DNA of 64,000 bases from Candidatus Omnitrophota bacterium (GTDB lineage: Bacteria; Omnitrophota; Gorgyraeia; S143-82), in NCBI GenBank assembly GCA_015494465.1, contig WGBD01000001.1, positions 116,477 through 180,476 of the forward strand, read 5' to 3'. Of this stretch, positions 20,880 to 30,311 are shown piece after piece. The position numbers and the translations under genes were made by a program. A model generated the notes under the pieces. It saw only the letters and a list, made by a program, of their open reading frames with translations, ran no database searches and was not told the origin of the DNA. Position 1 is the first letter of the stretch. The number at the start of each line of letters is the position of its first letter.

Positions 20880-20908
20880 ATTTTACAACACTTTTAAAAA
20901 TACATCAA
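20880..20908 (-). promoter_or_regulatory. putative sigma70 promoter of the PEP-CTERM gene
   Basis: TTGATG-17 nt-TAAAAT. Confidence 0.55.
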
Positions 20909-20918
20909 GCCAATTAGC

Positions 20919-20964
20919 ACCTTATGAGACGGATTCTTTCTGGAAGATTTTGTCTCACTAAGGT
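20919..20964. repeat. 46-bp imperfect inverted repeat
   Basis: ACCTTA-TGAGAC-GGATTCTTTC / TGGAAGATTTT-GTCTCA-C-TAAGGT. Confidence 0.7.
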
Positions 20965-20992
20965 AATCAATAAGGTGATATACTGGAGAAAT

Positions 20993-21967
20993 ATGGTAAA
21001 AGCGATGGTGGGGATAGTGGTAGTAAATTACAACCGCCCCAGGGAGACGATCTCCTGCCTAAAATCTATCCTCACCTGTGAAGGGCAAGAAGACATAGAA
21101 ACGATAGTAGTTGTAGACAACCATTCCCGTCCGAAGGCCTACCACGAACTCAAAAAGGCCATTGCGAAGATCCCAGATCCAAGGGTTGTCTTGGCCAGGG
21201 CCAGTCAGAACCTGGGATATGCAAGCGGATGCAATATTGGAATCGCCTACATACTCAACCACACCAAGGCAGATTGGATATGGATCCTTAATAACGACAC
21301 GAGAATCCATCCCTCGGCCCTAAAAGAATTACTGCACTGCATCCGAAGGGTAGACAAGAAAACCGGCCTACTCGGGACCAAATTAATCGACGACGATGGT
21401 AGGATCCTCGCCATAGGGGGCAAGTACATAGCCGCCAAGGCAAAGGGAGTACACATCGGTGCGGGAGAACCTGACGAAGGACAATACGACGAGTACCCTC
21501 CTTCGGAAATAGACTACATAGTCGGGGCGAGCATGTTCGTGAACCGGAAATTCGTGGAAGAGATTGGTCTTATGGAGGAAAGGTACTTCCTATTCTACGA
21601 AGAGATGGATTGGGCCCTCCGGGGCCGGGAAAGGGGCTGGTCCATTGGATACTGCCCGAAGGCGATCGTATACCATCGAGAGAGCACGACCATAAAAGGC
21701 AAAAATCCCAAAAAGATGAAAGAGCTAATCTACTTCTTCAGCATACGCAACAAGATAGGGTTCACGAAAAGATTCTACCCTCAATTCCTACCCCTCGTAT
21801 ACCTCCGCCTCCTGTATCAGGCGGCAAAGGAGATGGTAAAGGGCCAAGGTTGGAGATCTAACTTGATACTAAAGGCCCTCCTTATGGGCAAGCCTCCACT
21901 GAACTTCCTTAAGAAGAAGAACCTCTCGGTTGAGTATATCCACCATGACGAGCCAGACCAGGCCTAA
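20993..21967 (+). CDS. GT2 family glycosyltransferase (rhamnosyltransferase-like)
   Basis: VVVNYN, VVDNHS, NLGYASGCN, ILNNDT, GASM, YFLFYEEMDW. Confidence 0.88.
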   Translation: MVKAMVGIVVVNYNRPRETISCLKSILTCEGQEDIETIVVVDNHSRPKAYHELKKAIAKIPDPRVVLARASQNLGYASGCNIGIAYILNHTKADWIWILNNDTRIHPSALKELLHCIRRVDKKTGLLGTKLIDDDGRILAIGGKYIAAKAKGVHIGAGEPDEGQYDEYPPSEIDYIVGASMFVNRKFVEEIGLMEERYFLFYEEMDWALRGRERGWSIGYCPKAIVYHRESTTIKGKNPKKMKELIYFFSIRNKIGFTKRFYPQFLPLVYLRLLYQAAKEMVKGQGWRSNLILKALLMGKPPLNFLKKKNLSVEYIHHDEPDQA

Positions 21968-22645
21968 TATCCCGTCCTTATATCCTTTACGGCGGATGTA
22001 ATTTTTCCAGAACATCTTGAAGGGGAAGGTCAGGATCTGCTTCTCAATCTTTCTCATCGGCCAATCCCGGATGACGCCTTCCTCTATCTGCAAGTCGGTG
22101 TAGAGATCTATCTTCTTCAGCATCTGGCTGACGGATTCCAGTGGGAAGTGCAGGACATCGGCATCCAATTCCCCGACCTCCCCATCGATCACGAACCGGG
22201 AGTGCACCCTTCCCTCGATCCGCACCTTCCCTCTCTTTATCAACCTCAAGTGTCCCTGTCGGGCCCACTCTCCCCACTCAAGTCTTCTCCCAAACACATG
22301 ATTTAGGAAGTAAACCCTATAAGCAACCGCATAACCCTCCGGCTGAGACTTCCACTGATTGATAACCTCCGCCCCCTCTTTGGTAACTATCTCGTCCGCA
22401 TCCATTAGGTAGACCCAATCATTCTCCGCCTGCTCTATCCCGAACATATACTGGGCCCCGAAGTCGCGGTTCAATGCCCTGACATAGACCCGCGCTCCCA
22501 AAGATCTTGCCACCTCAACGGTGCGGTCCTGACTTTCGTCGTCCACGACCACCACCTCGTCGGCAAACTGCCACGCAGACTCTATAGCGGGCCTTATGCG
22601 ACGCTCCTCATTCTTGACTATGAATACCGCGGATACCCTCTTCAT
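21869..22645 (-). CDS. GT2 family glycosyltransferase (WaaE/KdtX-like)
   Basis: IVKNEE, VVDDESQDRT, WVYLMDADE, VH, GYKDGILG. Confidence 0.88.
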   Translation of the reverse strand: MKRVSAVFIVKNEERRIRPAIESAWQFADEVVVVDDESQDRTVEVARSLGARVYVRALNRDFGAQYMFGIEQAENDWVYLMDADEIVTKEGAEVINQWKSQPEGYAVAYRVYFLNHVFGRRLEWGEWARQGHLRLIKRGKVRIEGRVHSRFVIDGEVGELDADVLHFPLESVSQMLKKIDLYTDLQIEEGVIRDWPMRKIEKQILTFPFKMFWKNYIRRKGYKDGILGLVWLVMVDILNREVLLLKEVQWRLAHKEGL

Positions 22646-23742
22646 AGGCTATTTTCCATCTCCTTCCTCACCAGAATACCGAGGAAAAACCAGTAAAGGA
22701 GGGAATTGTCCCATATCCCCAAGAGGGAATTCTCCACCAAGTTGTGCAGGAGCATACTCATCACCACCCCATAGGAGGGATCCCTCCAGCGATCCCCCAG
22801 ACGGAACAGTATCCACAGATTGAACCAGAGAAAGTACATCGCGGTGGGCACTCCCGCCATCACCGCTATGGCCAAAAGCTGTTGGTGCACGTATTCGCCT
22901 TCCTGCCCCTCAACTATACCGTTGCCAAGAGGATGGGAGCGTATCTTCTCTATTGCCCGGCCCCATATCCGGGGTCTGCCGGCAAGGTCCATATGGGAGA
23001 GTTTCTGTAGCCTCGTGCGTATCTGAGAAGAAGTCCCGTAAAAACCCCCGATCAAAACCCCGAGCAGGAGGAACACAACCAAGGCCTTCTTGGGCAGATA
23101 CCTTTCTCTCGAAAAGAATCGGACCGTGCCGAACAGGGCGGTCAAAACGAACGCGCACCACGCCCCCCGGGAATATGTCCCCACCAACACCACCATACCT
23201 ACAACAAAGGCAATCCTTCTCCACCAATTCCACCGCCGATTCAGCGTAGCAAGGTATATGCCTGACAGCATCGCGGAGACGAACATCCCCAACTGGTTAT
23301 AGTACCCGAACCGGCCATCCCAATACCCAATCTGTCCCAACGAAACTGCCCTGATAAGGGCGTGAAGGGAAACGCCGAACAGTATCAGAAACATAGAATT
23401 GAGAATCCATTCCACCATCCTCCCGTCCACCGCCGAGGCGCCCACTAGGAAGATCGCCAGATAGGTGATGTAGAAGTAGAAGAAGTACTTCTGGTTATCG
23501 TAAAAATCCCCGGGAAGGACTACCCCAAAGATAAAAAGCAAGAGGAAGAACACGACCACCACCACTGCATAAGGGCTGTTCAATTTCTGCCTCCACTCTT
23601 TTTCCCTGACCAGCCCTATGCCCCAAAGGATGAAACCCAACACCAGCAAAGGCTTTAGCACATCGTCGGGGAACGCAACGGAAAACAATACCACTAATGG
23701 TGACAGACGATAAATCGCACCTATCTTTTTAGATATTTCCAT
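22642..23742 (-). CDS. O-antigen ligase-like (Wzy_C) membrane protein
   Basis: Multiple TM segments, N-x-LG, TYSRGAW, R..IW..A, HPLGNG, YVH. Confidence 0.8.
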   Translation of the reverse strand: MEISKKIGAIYRLSPLVVLFSVAFPDDVLKPLLVLGFILWGIGLVREKEWRQKLNSPYAVVVVVFFLLLFIFGVVLPGDFYDNQKYFFYFYITYLAIFLVGASAVDGRMVEWILNSMFLILFGVSLHALIRAVSLGQIGYWDGRFGYYNQLGMFVSAMLSGIYLATLNRRWNWWRRIAFVVGMVVLVGTYSRGAWCAFVLTALFGTVRFFSRERYLPKKALVVFLLLGVLIGGFYGTSSQIRTRLQKLSHMDLAGRPRIWGRAIEKIRSHPLGNGIVEGQEGEYVHQQLLAIAVMAGVPTAMYFLWFNLWILFRLGDRWRDPSYGVVMSMLLHNLVENSLLGIWDNSLLYWFFLGILVRKEMENSL

Positions 23743-24500
23743 CACTCCGGGCTCCTTATCCTCCTGAACAGATCGTAATATCCGCTGAGTTTGAACCACA
23801 ACCCCAGTCCCTTATCGCTGTCCTTCATCTTTATCCTGCGCAGGGCATAGATGTCTATCCTACGGGAGTATCCCCGGTTGGTGGTGAAGGCACAACAGTA
23901 CCCCGCCTCCTTTACCAGACGCATAATCTCCCGGTTGAAGCCCCCTACTGGATAGGATATCGTCCGCACCTCGTGGCCAAGGATCTCCTCTAATCGAGCC
24001 TTAGATCCCCTTATCTCCAACTCCGGATCCGGCGCCTCGTAAAGGACATAGTGATGGATCGTGTGGGAGCCTATGCGCACCTTCGTGTGGGTCTCTATCT
24101 GCCGAAGGTCCTCCGGGGACAGATATCCCTCTTCCCCTATCCTACCCACTATCACGAATATCGTGGCGGGAAAGTCGTACTCTTTCAGTAGTCTTACTGC
24201 CTTCAGGTTGTCCTCGTAGCCGTCGTCGAAGGTTATCGCAACGGTCCGTCTGGGAATGTGCCCCTTTTTTATCTCTGCAACCAGTTCCTCAACCGGGACC
24301 ACCCGGTAATCGTGTTCTTTCAGGTACCGCAGGTGCCGGGCAAAGGTCTCCTCGCTTACGGTGGGGGTGCCGGTGCGCTCCGGATCGAGGGAGTGATACA
24401 TCAATATCGGTGGGTAATAAGCAATGCGCAATAACCAGCCTGCCCCCACTCCCCCTAACAGTACTATCACCAAGGCTATACCTAACCACCTCTTCCTCAT
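23742..24500 (-). CDS. membrane-anchored polysaccharide deacetylase
   Basis: PILMYH, ITFDDGY, GSHTIHH, SYPVG. Confidence 0.9.
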   Translation of the reverse strand: MRKRWLGIALVIVLLGGVGAGWLLRIAYYPPILMYHSLDPERTGTPTVSEETFARHLRYLKEHDYRVVPVEELVAEIKKGHIPRRTVAITFDDGYEDNLKAVRLLKEYDFPATIFVIVGRIGEEGYLSPEDLRQIETHTKVRIGSHTIHHYVLYEAPDPELEIRGSKARLEEILGHEVRTISYPVGGFNREIMRLVKEAGYCCAFTTNRGYSRRIDIYALRRIKMKDSDKGLGLWFKLSGYYDLFRRIRSPE

Positions 24501-24510
24501 CCCTTCTCCT

Positions 24511-25680
24511 TCACTCGTAACGCAAGGCCCTTGCGGGGACTATCCTGCTGGCGCTGTGGGCAGGGTACACCGCCGAGGCCACGGTGATCCCTATTGCGCT
24601 CAACAGGACTACAAGACTATCTCTCCACGACAGTCTTGCGGGCAGATAGGAGATGTAATAGACATCTGCTGGCAGGGGTATCAGGTGAAACCTCTCTATC
24701 CCGATGGCCAACGAGACACCTATCATACCCCCTACAAATGCCCCCAGCACTCCGATAAACAGGCCTATTAAGAGGAATATTCGGTAAACCTCCCCGTCGG
24801 TGAGCCCCAAGGCCTTTAGGACCCCTATCTCCCGGGTCCGGGTGGCAACCCACACCACCAAAGAACTGACCACGGTAAACGAGGCCACCAACACTATTAA
24901 CAGGAGTATCAGGAACATCACCAATTTCTCCAACTTCAGGGCAGAGAAGAGACTGCGATTGGACTCCATCCAGGTAATGGCGGAGAGATTATGGGCCTTC
25001 AGGACATCTCTCAAGGCCTGTTTTACCTCCCCTGCCTCCTCGGGATCCTCCAGGTAAAGGGCAATGGAATTGGCACTCTTGCCCAGCAACAGCATGTCCC
25101 GAACGGTATCTATGTCCGCATACATCATCTGGGAGTCGTACTCGTACATACCAGTGTCAAAGGTGCCAGTTATCTTCAACTCGTAAGGCTGGGAGGTTAT
25201 CGGCGAAAGGACCTTTACCTCGTCCCCGGGAACGAGGCCCAGATCCTTGGCCAGTTCCCTGCCCAGCAGCACGCCTTCTTTCTCCGGAAACTTACCGTTC
25301 AGCCGCGCCCGGGAGAGGACTAGTCCCATATACGGTCCGGGTACTCCCCTGAGCATTGCGGTTATCAGCCTGTTGCCCCGCCGGATAAAGACCTGAGAAT
25401 ACACCAACGGCACGACTGCCTTAACACCCTTCACCCTCAATTCCTTCAATAACGAGGGCTTAACATCTATAACCCTGTCGGAATAAACCAGTATGTGGGG
25501 GTTGTTGGAGACTATCTTGTCCCGCAACTCCGAATCAAACCCGTTCATCACCGCCATAACCACTATCAGTGCAGATACCCCCACCACTATCCCGAGTATG
25601 GAGACGAAACTCATAAAGGATATAAAGCCACCCCTTGCTCTGCGGAACATGCGCCAGGCAAGGAACAGGAGGTAGTTCAT
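24511..25680 (-). CDS. lipoprotein-releasing ABC transporter permease (LolC/LolE family)
   Basis: SILGIVVGVSALIVVMAVMNGF, GMYEYDS, ALKLEK, EIGVLKALG, VYYISYLP, ALRYE. Confidence 0.9.
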   Translation of the reverse strand: MNYLLFLAWRMFRRARGGFISFMSFVSILGIVVGVSALIVVMAVMNGFDSELRDKIVSNNPHILVYSDRVIDVKPSLLKELRVKGVKAVVPLVYSQVFIRRGNRLITAMLRGVPGPYMGLVLSRARLNGKFPEKEGVLLGRELAKDLGLVPGDEVKVLSPITSQPYELKITGTFDTGMYEYDSQMMYADIDTVRDMLLLGKSANSIALYLEDPEEAGEVKQALRDVLKAHNLSAITWMESNRSLFSALKLEKLVMFLILLLIVLVASFTVVSSLVVWVATRTREIGVLKALGLTDGEVYRIFLLIGLFIGVLGAFVGGMIGVSLAIGIERFHLIPLPADVYYISYLPARLSWRDSLVVLLSAIGITVASAVYPAHSASRIVPARALRYE

Positions 25681-27119
25681 CTCTCCGGCTTGAGCAGAGG
25701 AAACAGGATAACCTCCCTTATGGAAGGTTTATCCGTGAGTATCATCACCAGTCTATCTATCCCTATCCCCAGCCCTCCCGCCGGGGGCATACCGTATTCA
25801 AGGGCAGTGACGAAGTCGTAGTCTATGTGCTCGCTGGGGGCGTTGTGATGACGGACTTCCTCTTCGAACCGCCTTAACTGATCCTCGGGATCGTTCAATT
25901 CGGAGTAGGCATTGGCAATCTCCATACCGCCGACGAACAACTCAAACCTCTCCGCCAAGGCGGGATTGTCCTCTTTCAGGCAGGCAAGCGGACAGAGGAT
26001 GGAGAAGTAATCGGTAAAGAAGACCGGCTTTCTCCTCTGCTCCATCTCCAGCATATCCTCAACCAACTTTACCACCTGCGAACGGGAAAGTCGGGAGGTA
26101 TCCACCGATCCCAATCCCCGCTTGGGCAGTTTCTGGATTATCACCTCGGTGGGATCGTCGGGATTGATGTCAAACCTCTCCTTGACTGCCTGAGCAAACG
26201 AAATCTCTTCCCAAGGAGGTGTGAAGTCTATCTCTTTCCCCTGATAGGTAACCACCGCAGATCCCCTGACCTCCATCACTACCGAATACAACAACTCCTC
26301 GGTCAGACGCATAACATCGCGGTAATCCATATAGGCGGTATACACCTCAAGCATGGTGAACTCGGGATTGTGCCGGGTGGAGACACCTTCGTTCCGGAAA
26401 CTGCGGTTTATCTCGTAGACCTTCTCAAATCCACCCACCAACAGGCGCTTCAGGTACAACTCCGGGGCAATCCTGAGGTAAAGGTCGATGTCGTAGGCGT
26501 TATGGTGGGTAATAAACGGCCTGCCGGCAGCCCCTCCCGGTATCAGGTGGAGCATGGGGGTCTCTACCTCCAGATAGCCCCGCTCGTCCAGAAACCTCCT
26601 TATCGCGGAGATTATACGGGCCCGGGTAATGAATACCTCCCGCACCTCGGGGTTGGCCATTAAGTCGAGGTAGCGTTGACGGAATCTTACCTCTACATCC
26701 TTAAGGCCATGCCACTTCTCGGGCATAGGCCGGAGGCTCTTGGTAAGGAGCTTCAACTCCCGCAGGGCTACGGTAATCTCCCCGGTGCGGGTGGTGAAGA
26801 GTTCGCCTTTCACCCAGACGATGTCGCCGATGTCCAAGAGATCCAAAAGGGCCCACAACTTCTCGTCCAGATCGTTCTTGCGGGCGTATACCTGTATGCG
26901 ATCGGTGGCATCCCGGACATCAAAGAATATCACCTTGCCGTGGGCCCTCCAGGCGGTAATCCTTCCCGCCACCGCCACTGTCTTGCCTTCCCGATAATCC
27001 TGCTTGGCAGACAGTGCAGTGGCGTCGGGCTTCACACCCCGGGAGAAGGCAGGGATGCCCATCTCCCTAAGACGGGACAACTTCGCCTTTCTGTCTCTTA
27101 TGATGTCTTCCTGGGACAT
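25677..27119 (-). CDS. lysS: lysine--tRNA ligase (class II)
   Basis: RQRYLDL, EVETPM, LRIAPELYLKRL, FRNEG...HNPEFT, GMPPAGGLGIGIDRL. Confidence 0.97.
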   Translation of the reverse strand: MSQEDIIRDRKAKLSRLREMGIPAFSRGVKPDATALSAKQDYREGKTVAVAGRITAWRAHGKVIFFDVRDATDRIQVYARKNDLDEKLWALLDLLDIGDIVWVKGELFTTRTGEITVALRELKLLTKSLRPMPEKWHGLKDVEVRFRQRYLDLMANPEVREVFITRARIISAIRRFLDERGYLEVETPMLHLIPGGAAGRPFITHHNAYDIDLYLRIAPELYLKRLLVGGFEKVYEINRSFRNEGVSTRHNPEFTMLEVYTAYMDYRDVMRLTEELLYSVVMEVRGSAVVTYQGKEIDFTPPWEEISFAQAVKERFDINPDDPTEVIIQKLPKRGLGSVDTSRLSRSQVVKLVEDMLEMEQRRKPVFFTDYFSILCPLACLKEDNPALAERFELFVGGMEIANAYSELNDPEDQLRRFEEEVRHHNAPSEHIDYDFVTALEYGMPPAGGLGIGIDRLVMILTDKPSIREVILFPLLKPER

Positions 27120-27129
27120 AGCGGATTTT

Positions 27130-27158
27130 ATTCTAACCGAAACGCACTGGCCTGTAAA
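27130..27158 (-). promoter_or_regulatory. putative sigma70 promoter of lysS
   Basis: TTTACA-17 nt-TAGAAT, 10 nt before the ATG. Confidence 0.55.
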
Positions 27159-27196
27159 CGGATATAATCCGGATCCCTTATAAGCACCCCTTAAAA

Positions 27197-28150
27197 CTAT
27201 TGCTCGTTGCCGTTAAGGTACTTTAGGAAGGGATGATCCGTGCCCAGTATCAGGGTGGTGTGCTTGTCTATCCCCTCTTCGTAAGCAGACAGTGCCTTGG
27301 TGAACTCGAAGAAGTCAAGGCCTTGGGAATAGGCCTCCGCGTATATCCGCAGGGCCTCTGCCTCGGCCTGTCCCTTTATTATCTGGGCCTTCTTGTAGGC
27401 CTCGGACCTTATCTTCCTGAGTTCCTTCTCCATCTGGCCCTTTATCCTCGCCTGCTCGCCTCGACCCTGCGACCTGTACTCTTCGGCTGCCCGCTTGCGT
27501 TCGGCTATCATCCGGGCGTATACCTTCCTGCGCACCTCTTCCACATAATTGACCCTCTTTATCTGTACATCGATCAATTCTATCCCCAGATCCTCCACCA
27601 TCTTGCTGGCATGGGCGAATATCTCCTTCCGTATCTCCTCCCGGCCTCGAGATATCCTCTCGTAATGAGAAAGTCCGGTGTTCGCCTTGCCCTCTCCACC
27701 AGAGGACTCCAGTGCCTCTAAGATGCGGTTGCTGCTGCGCACTATCTCTATCAATCTGCTCCCGTTGACCGCATCCCTGACCGCTGCGTCTATGATGTCG
27801 TCCAAACGGGCCTGGGCACCTATCTCGTCCCTGACCGAACGGAAAAACTTGAGCGGATCCTTTATCCTCCACCGGGCAGTGGTGTCCACCCAGATGAAGC
27901 GCTTGTCCTTAGTGGGTATCTGGTCCGCATCCCCGTCCCACTCCAGTATCCGCTTGTCAAAGTAATTCACCTTCTGGATAAACGGAATACGAAAGTACAG
28001 GCCTGCCTCGGTAATCGGCTCACCTACCGGCCGGCCAAACTGGGTAATTATCGCCTGCTGGGTCTCGTCCACTATGTAAGCGGAGGAAAGGAATACCACC
28101 ACACCTATCGCCACCAACACTATCAGCACTATCGGCAACTTACCTCTCAT
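27197..28150 (-). CDS. hflC: FtsH protease modulator HflC
   Basis: N-terminal TM, SPFH domain, RMIAERKRAAEEYRSQG, downstream of hflK. Confidence 0.92.
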   Translation of the reverse strand: MRGKLPIVLIVLVAIGVVVFLSSAYIVDETQQAIITQFGRPVGEPITEAGLYFRIPFIQKVNYFDKRILEWDGDADQIPTKDKRFIWVDTTARWRIKDPLKFFRSVRDEIGAQARLDDIIDAAVRDAVNGSRLIEIVRSSNRILEALESSGGEGKANTGLSHYERISRGREEIRKEIFAHASKMVEDLGIELIDVQIKRVNYVEEVRRKVYARMIAERKRAAEEYRSQGRGEQARIKGQMEKELRKIRSEAYKKAQIIKGQAEAEALRIYAEAYSQGLDFFEFTKALSAYEEGIDKHTTLILGTDHPFLKYLNGNEQ

Positions 28151-28174
28151 CGCCAAACCTCCTCACCCCTGCTA

Positions 28175-29173
28175 CTACCTCGATCCCAACGCATCGCGAT
28201 TGAGTTGCAGTAAAGGAAGAATACCCTCTCCCTTCCCGCTTATGATGAACTTCTGCCCTGCGTTGTGCAGGACCCTTTGCATCGTCTCCAGATACAATCG
28301 CTTACGGGTGACATCCTCGGCCTTGCGGTATGCCTCCAAGACCGACAGGAACCTCTGGGCATCTCCCTTGGCCCGGTTGACTATCTCGGTGGCATAACCC
28401 TCTGCCTCCTGTATCTGCTGTTCTGCCTCACCCCTTGCCTTGGGTATCATACGGTTGTAGGCCTCCCAGGCCTCGTTTATCATCTTCTCCTTCTCCTGTT
28501 TGGCCTCGTTCACCTCGTTAAAGGCGCTCTTCACCGGACCGGGAGGATTGACATCCTGAAGCAGTACCTTGGTTATCAGCACGCCCATCTGATACCTGTC
28601 CAGAGTCTCCTGCAGGCGCTTCTTGACCAAGGCGTTTATCTCAAGGCGCTTGGTGAAGACCTCGTCAAAGGCGTAGTCTCCAATCACCTCGCGCATTATC
28701 GCCTCGGATACATCGCGCAGGTTCTTGCGCTTGTTCCTGACCCGGAAGAGGAAAGAGACCGGATCCTTTATGCGGAACTGCACCACCCAGGTGATGTCCA
28801 CCACATTTAGGTCACCGGTTAACATGAGGGATTCCTCGTCGTAATCTTTCGGGGAATACATCGTACGCACCCCCGCCTTCAGGGTGCGGAATCCAAACTC
28901 CTCCTTGAATACATAATCCACCAGCACCTTGGTCGCCTTCTCTATCGGATAGGGCCACTTGAAGTGCAATCCGGGCTTGTCTATCCGCTCGAACTTCCCA
29001 AAGCGCTGGACTACTGCGACCTCGTTGGGCTGGACCTCGTAAACGGTTGACTTAAGGAAGAGCAGACCCAAGACCCCCAGGACGATCAATATCCAGGCCT
29101 TGCTGAACCACTGTCCCTGCGGTCGGTAGGGCCTGTCCATCTGGTCATCTTCCATCGGCAGGTGTATCTTCAT
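28175..29173 (-). CDS. hflK: FtsH protease modulator HflK
   Basis: MLTGDLN, LQDVNPP, IPKARGEA, VTRKRLYLETM. Confidence 0.92.
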   Translation of the reverse strand: MKIHLPMEDDQMDRPYRPQGQWFSKAWILIVLGVLGLLFLKSTVYEVQPNEVAVVQRFGKFERIDKPGLHFKWPYPIEKATKVLVDYVFKEEFGFRTLKAGVRTMYSPKDYDEESLMLTGDLNVVDITWVVQFRIKDPVSFLFRVRNKRKNLRDVSEAIMREVIGDYAFDEVFTKRLEINALVKKRLQETLDRYQMGVLITKVLLQDVNPPGPVKSAFNEVNEAKQEKEKMINEAWEAYNRMIPKARGEAEQQIQEAEGYATEIVNRAKGDAQRFLSVLEAYRKAEDVTRKRLYLETMQRVLHNAGQKFIISGKGEGILPLLQLNRDALGSR

Positions 29174-29201
29174 CCTCCACCCCCTCTTCGTCTAAGCCTT
29201 C

Positions 29202-30311
29202 TCAATCCTTCTCCAAGATACTACGGTATATCTTATCATAAAGGGATAACATCCGCTGAAAGGAAAAATCCCCTGCCCGCTCCTGCAGGGACCTCCTCAT
29301 CGCTTCCCAGTCCTGCCTGGAACGCCTGAAGACCGCGTAAAGGCCGTCCAACCGCTGAACCCCTTCGGATACATCCCTAACACTTCCAATGATCAACCGT
29401 CCCGGGCCTTCGCCTACATCCCTTAAGGCGACCCCAGAACCAGCTATCGGCACGCCCCAGCACATCGCCTCTAAGACCACCATCGGCAGGCCCTCCCTCA
29501 AGGAGGGCAGGAACAGACAGTCAAGGTTCCTATACACCGCCTCCATCTCCTCAAAGGGCACCTTACCCAAGAACTCTATTCTATCCCCCAACCCCTCCTT
29601 TGCCACCCGAGACCTTGCCCAGTCCCTCAAGGAGCCGTCGCCCACTATCACCGCCCTGACTGGACCGTCCCTATGCCGGCGCATCCACGAGGACAACACA
29701 TCTATCACATAGGCAAAGTTCTTCTCCCGTTCCATCCTCCCGATGAAGCCCACGGTAAAGGTATCGTCCTCTTCGGGGAGGGAACCTACTTTGCACTCTA
29801 CCGCGTTGGGGATGTAATGGACCTTTGCCTTGGGGATCCTCCACCTTGAGAACTCCTCCAGCAGGTTTAGAGAGACCCCGGCTATGGCGTCTGCTGTGCG
29901 GATGAGCAGTTTATCCAGAGTTTCGTATACCCACAACCTGGCGCTCGCAGATGTCCAGCCATGGAGGGTAAGCACCCACCTCACCGAGGCAGGTCTTGAG
30001 AGCATTGCGTAGAAGTTGGACTTGTAGTTGTGGCTGTGGACGATCTGCACGCCGAGGTCGCGAATTGCCTTCCGCAGTCGGGCAATGGCCTGCAGATCCA
30101 TCTGAGATTTGGTCGGTACCCACAGGGCCTCCACGCCTTGGCCCCTTGCGAACGAAAGGACCTCGTTATCCTCGGGATCCCTGTCCATCACCCCGAGGAT
30201 CATACGATAACTCCGAGACAGTCCTCTGCATATCTGGACCGCCACCCGCTCTGCCCCAAACACCCTGCGCGCACTGATGAGGTGCAGTACGGTCAATCGG
30301 GTATCCGCCAT
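29202..30311 (-). CDS. GT4 family glycosyltransferase
   Basis: GAER, HSH, TLHG, GFIGRM, PSLREGLPMVVLEAM. Confidence 0.9.
   Translation of the reverse strand: MADTRLTVLHLISARRVFGAERVAVQICRGLSRSYRMILGVMDRDPEDNEVLSFARGQGVEALWVPTKSQMDLQAIARLRKAIRDLGVQIVHSHNYKSNFYAMLSRPASVRWVLTLHGWTSASARLWVYETLDKLLIRTADAIAGVSLNLLEEFSRWRIPKAKVHYIPNAVECKVGSLPEEDDTFTVGFIGRMEREKNFAYVIDVLSSWMRRHRDGPVRAVIVGDGSLRDWARSRVAKEGLGDRIEFLGKVPFEEMEAVYRNLDCLFLPSLREGLPMVVLEAMCWGVPIAGSGVALRDVGEGPGRLIIGSVRDVSEGVQRLDGLYAVFRRSRQDWEAMRRSLQERAGDFSFQRMLSLYDKIYRSILEKD

Noticed and set aside
24511-25680. lolC/E without an adjacent lolD as a novel transporter
   Set aside because: The ATPase gene is probably elsewhere; operon shuffling is pervasive in this window
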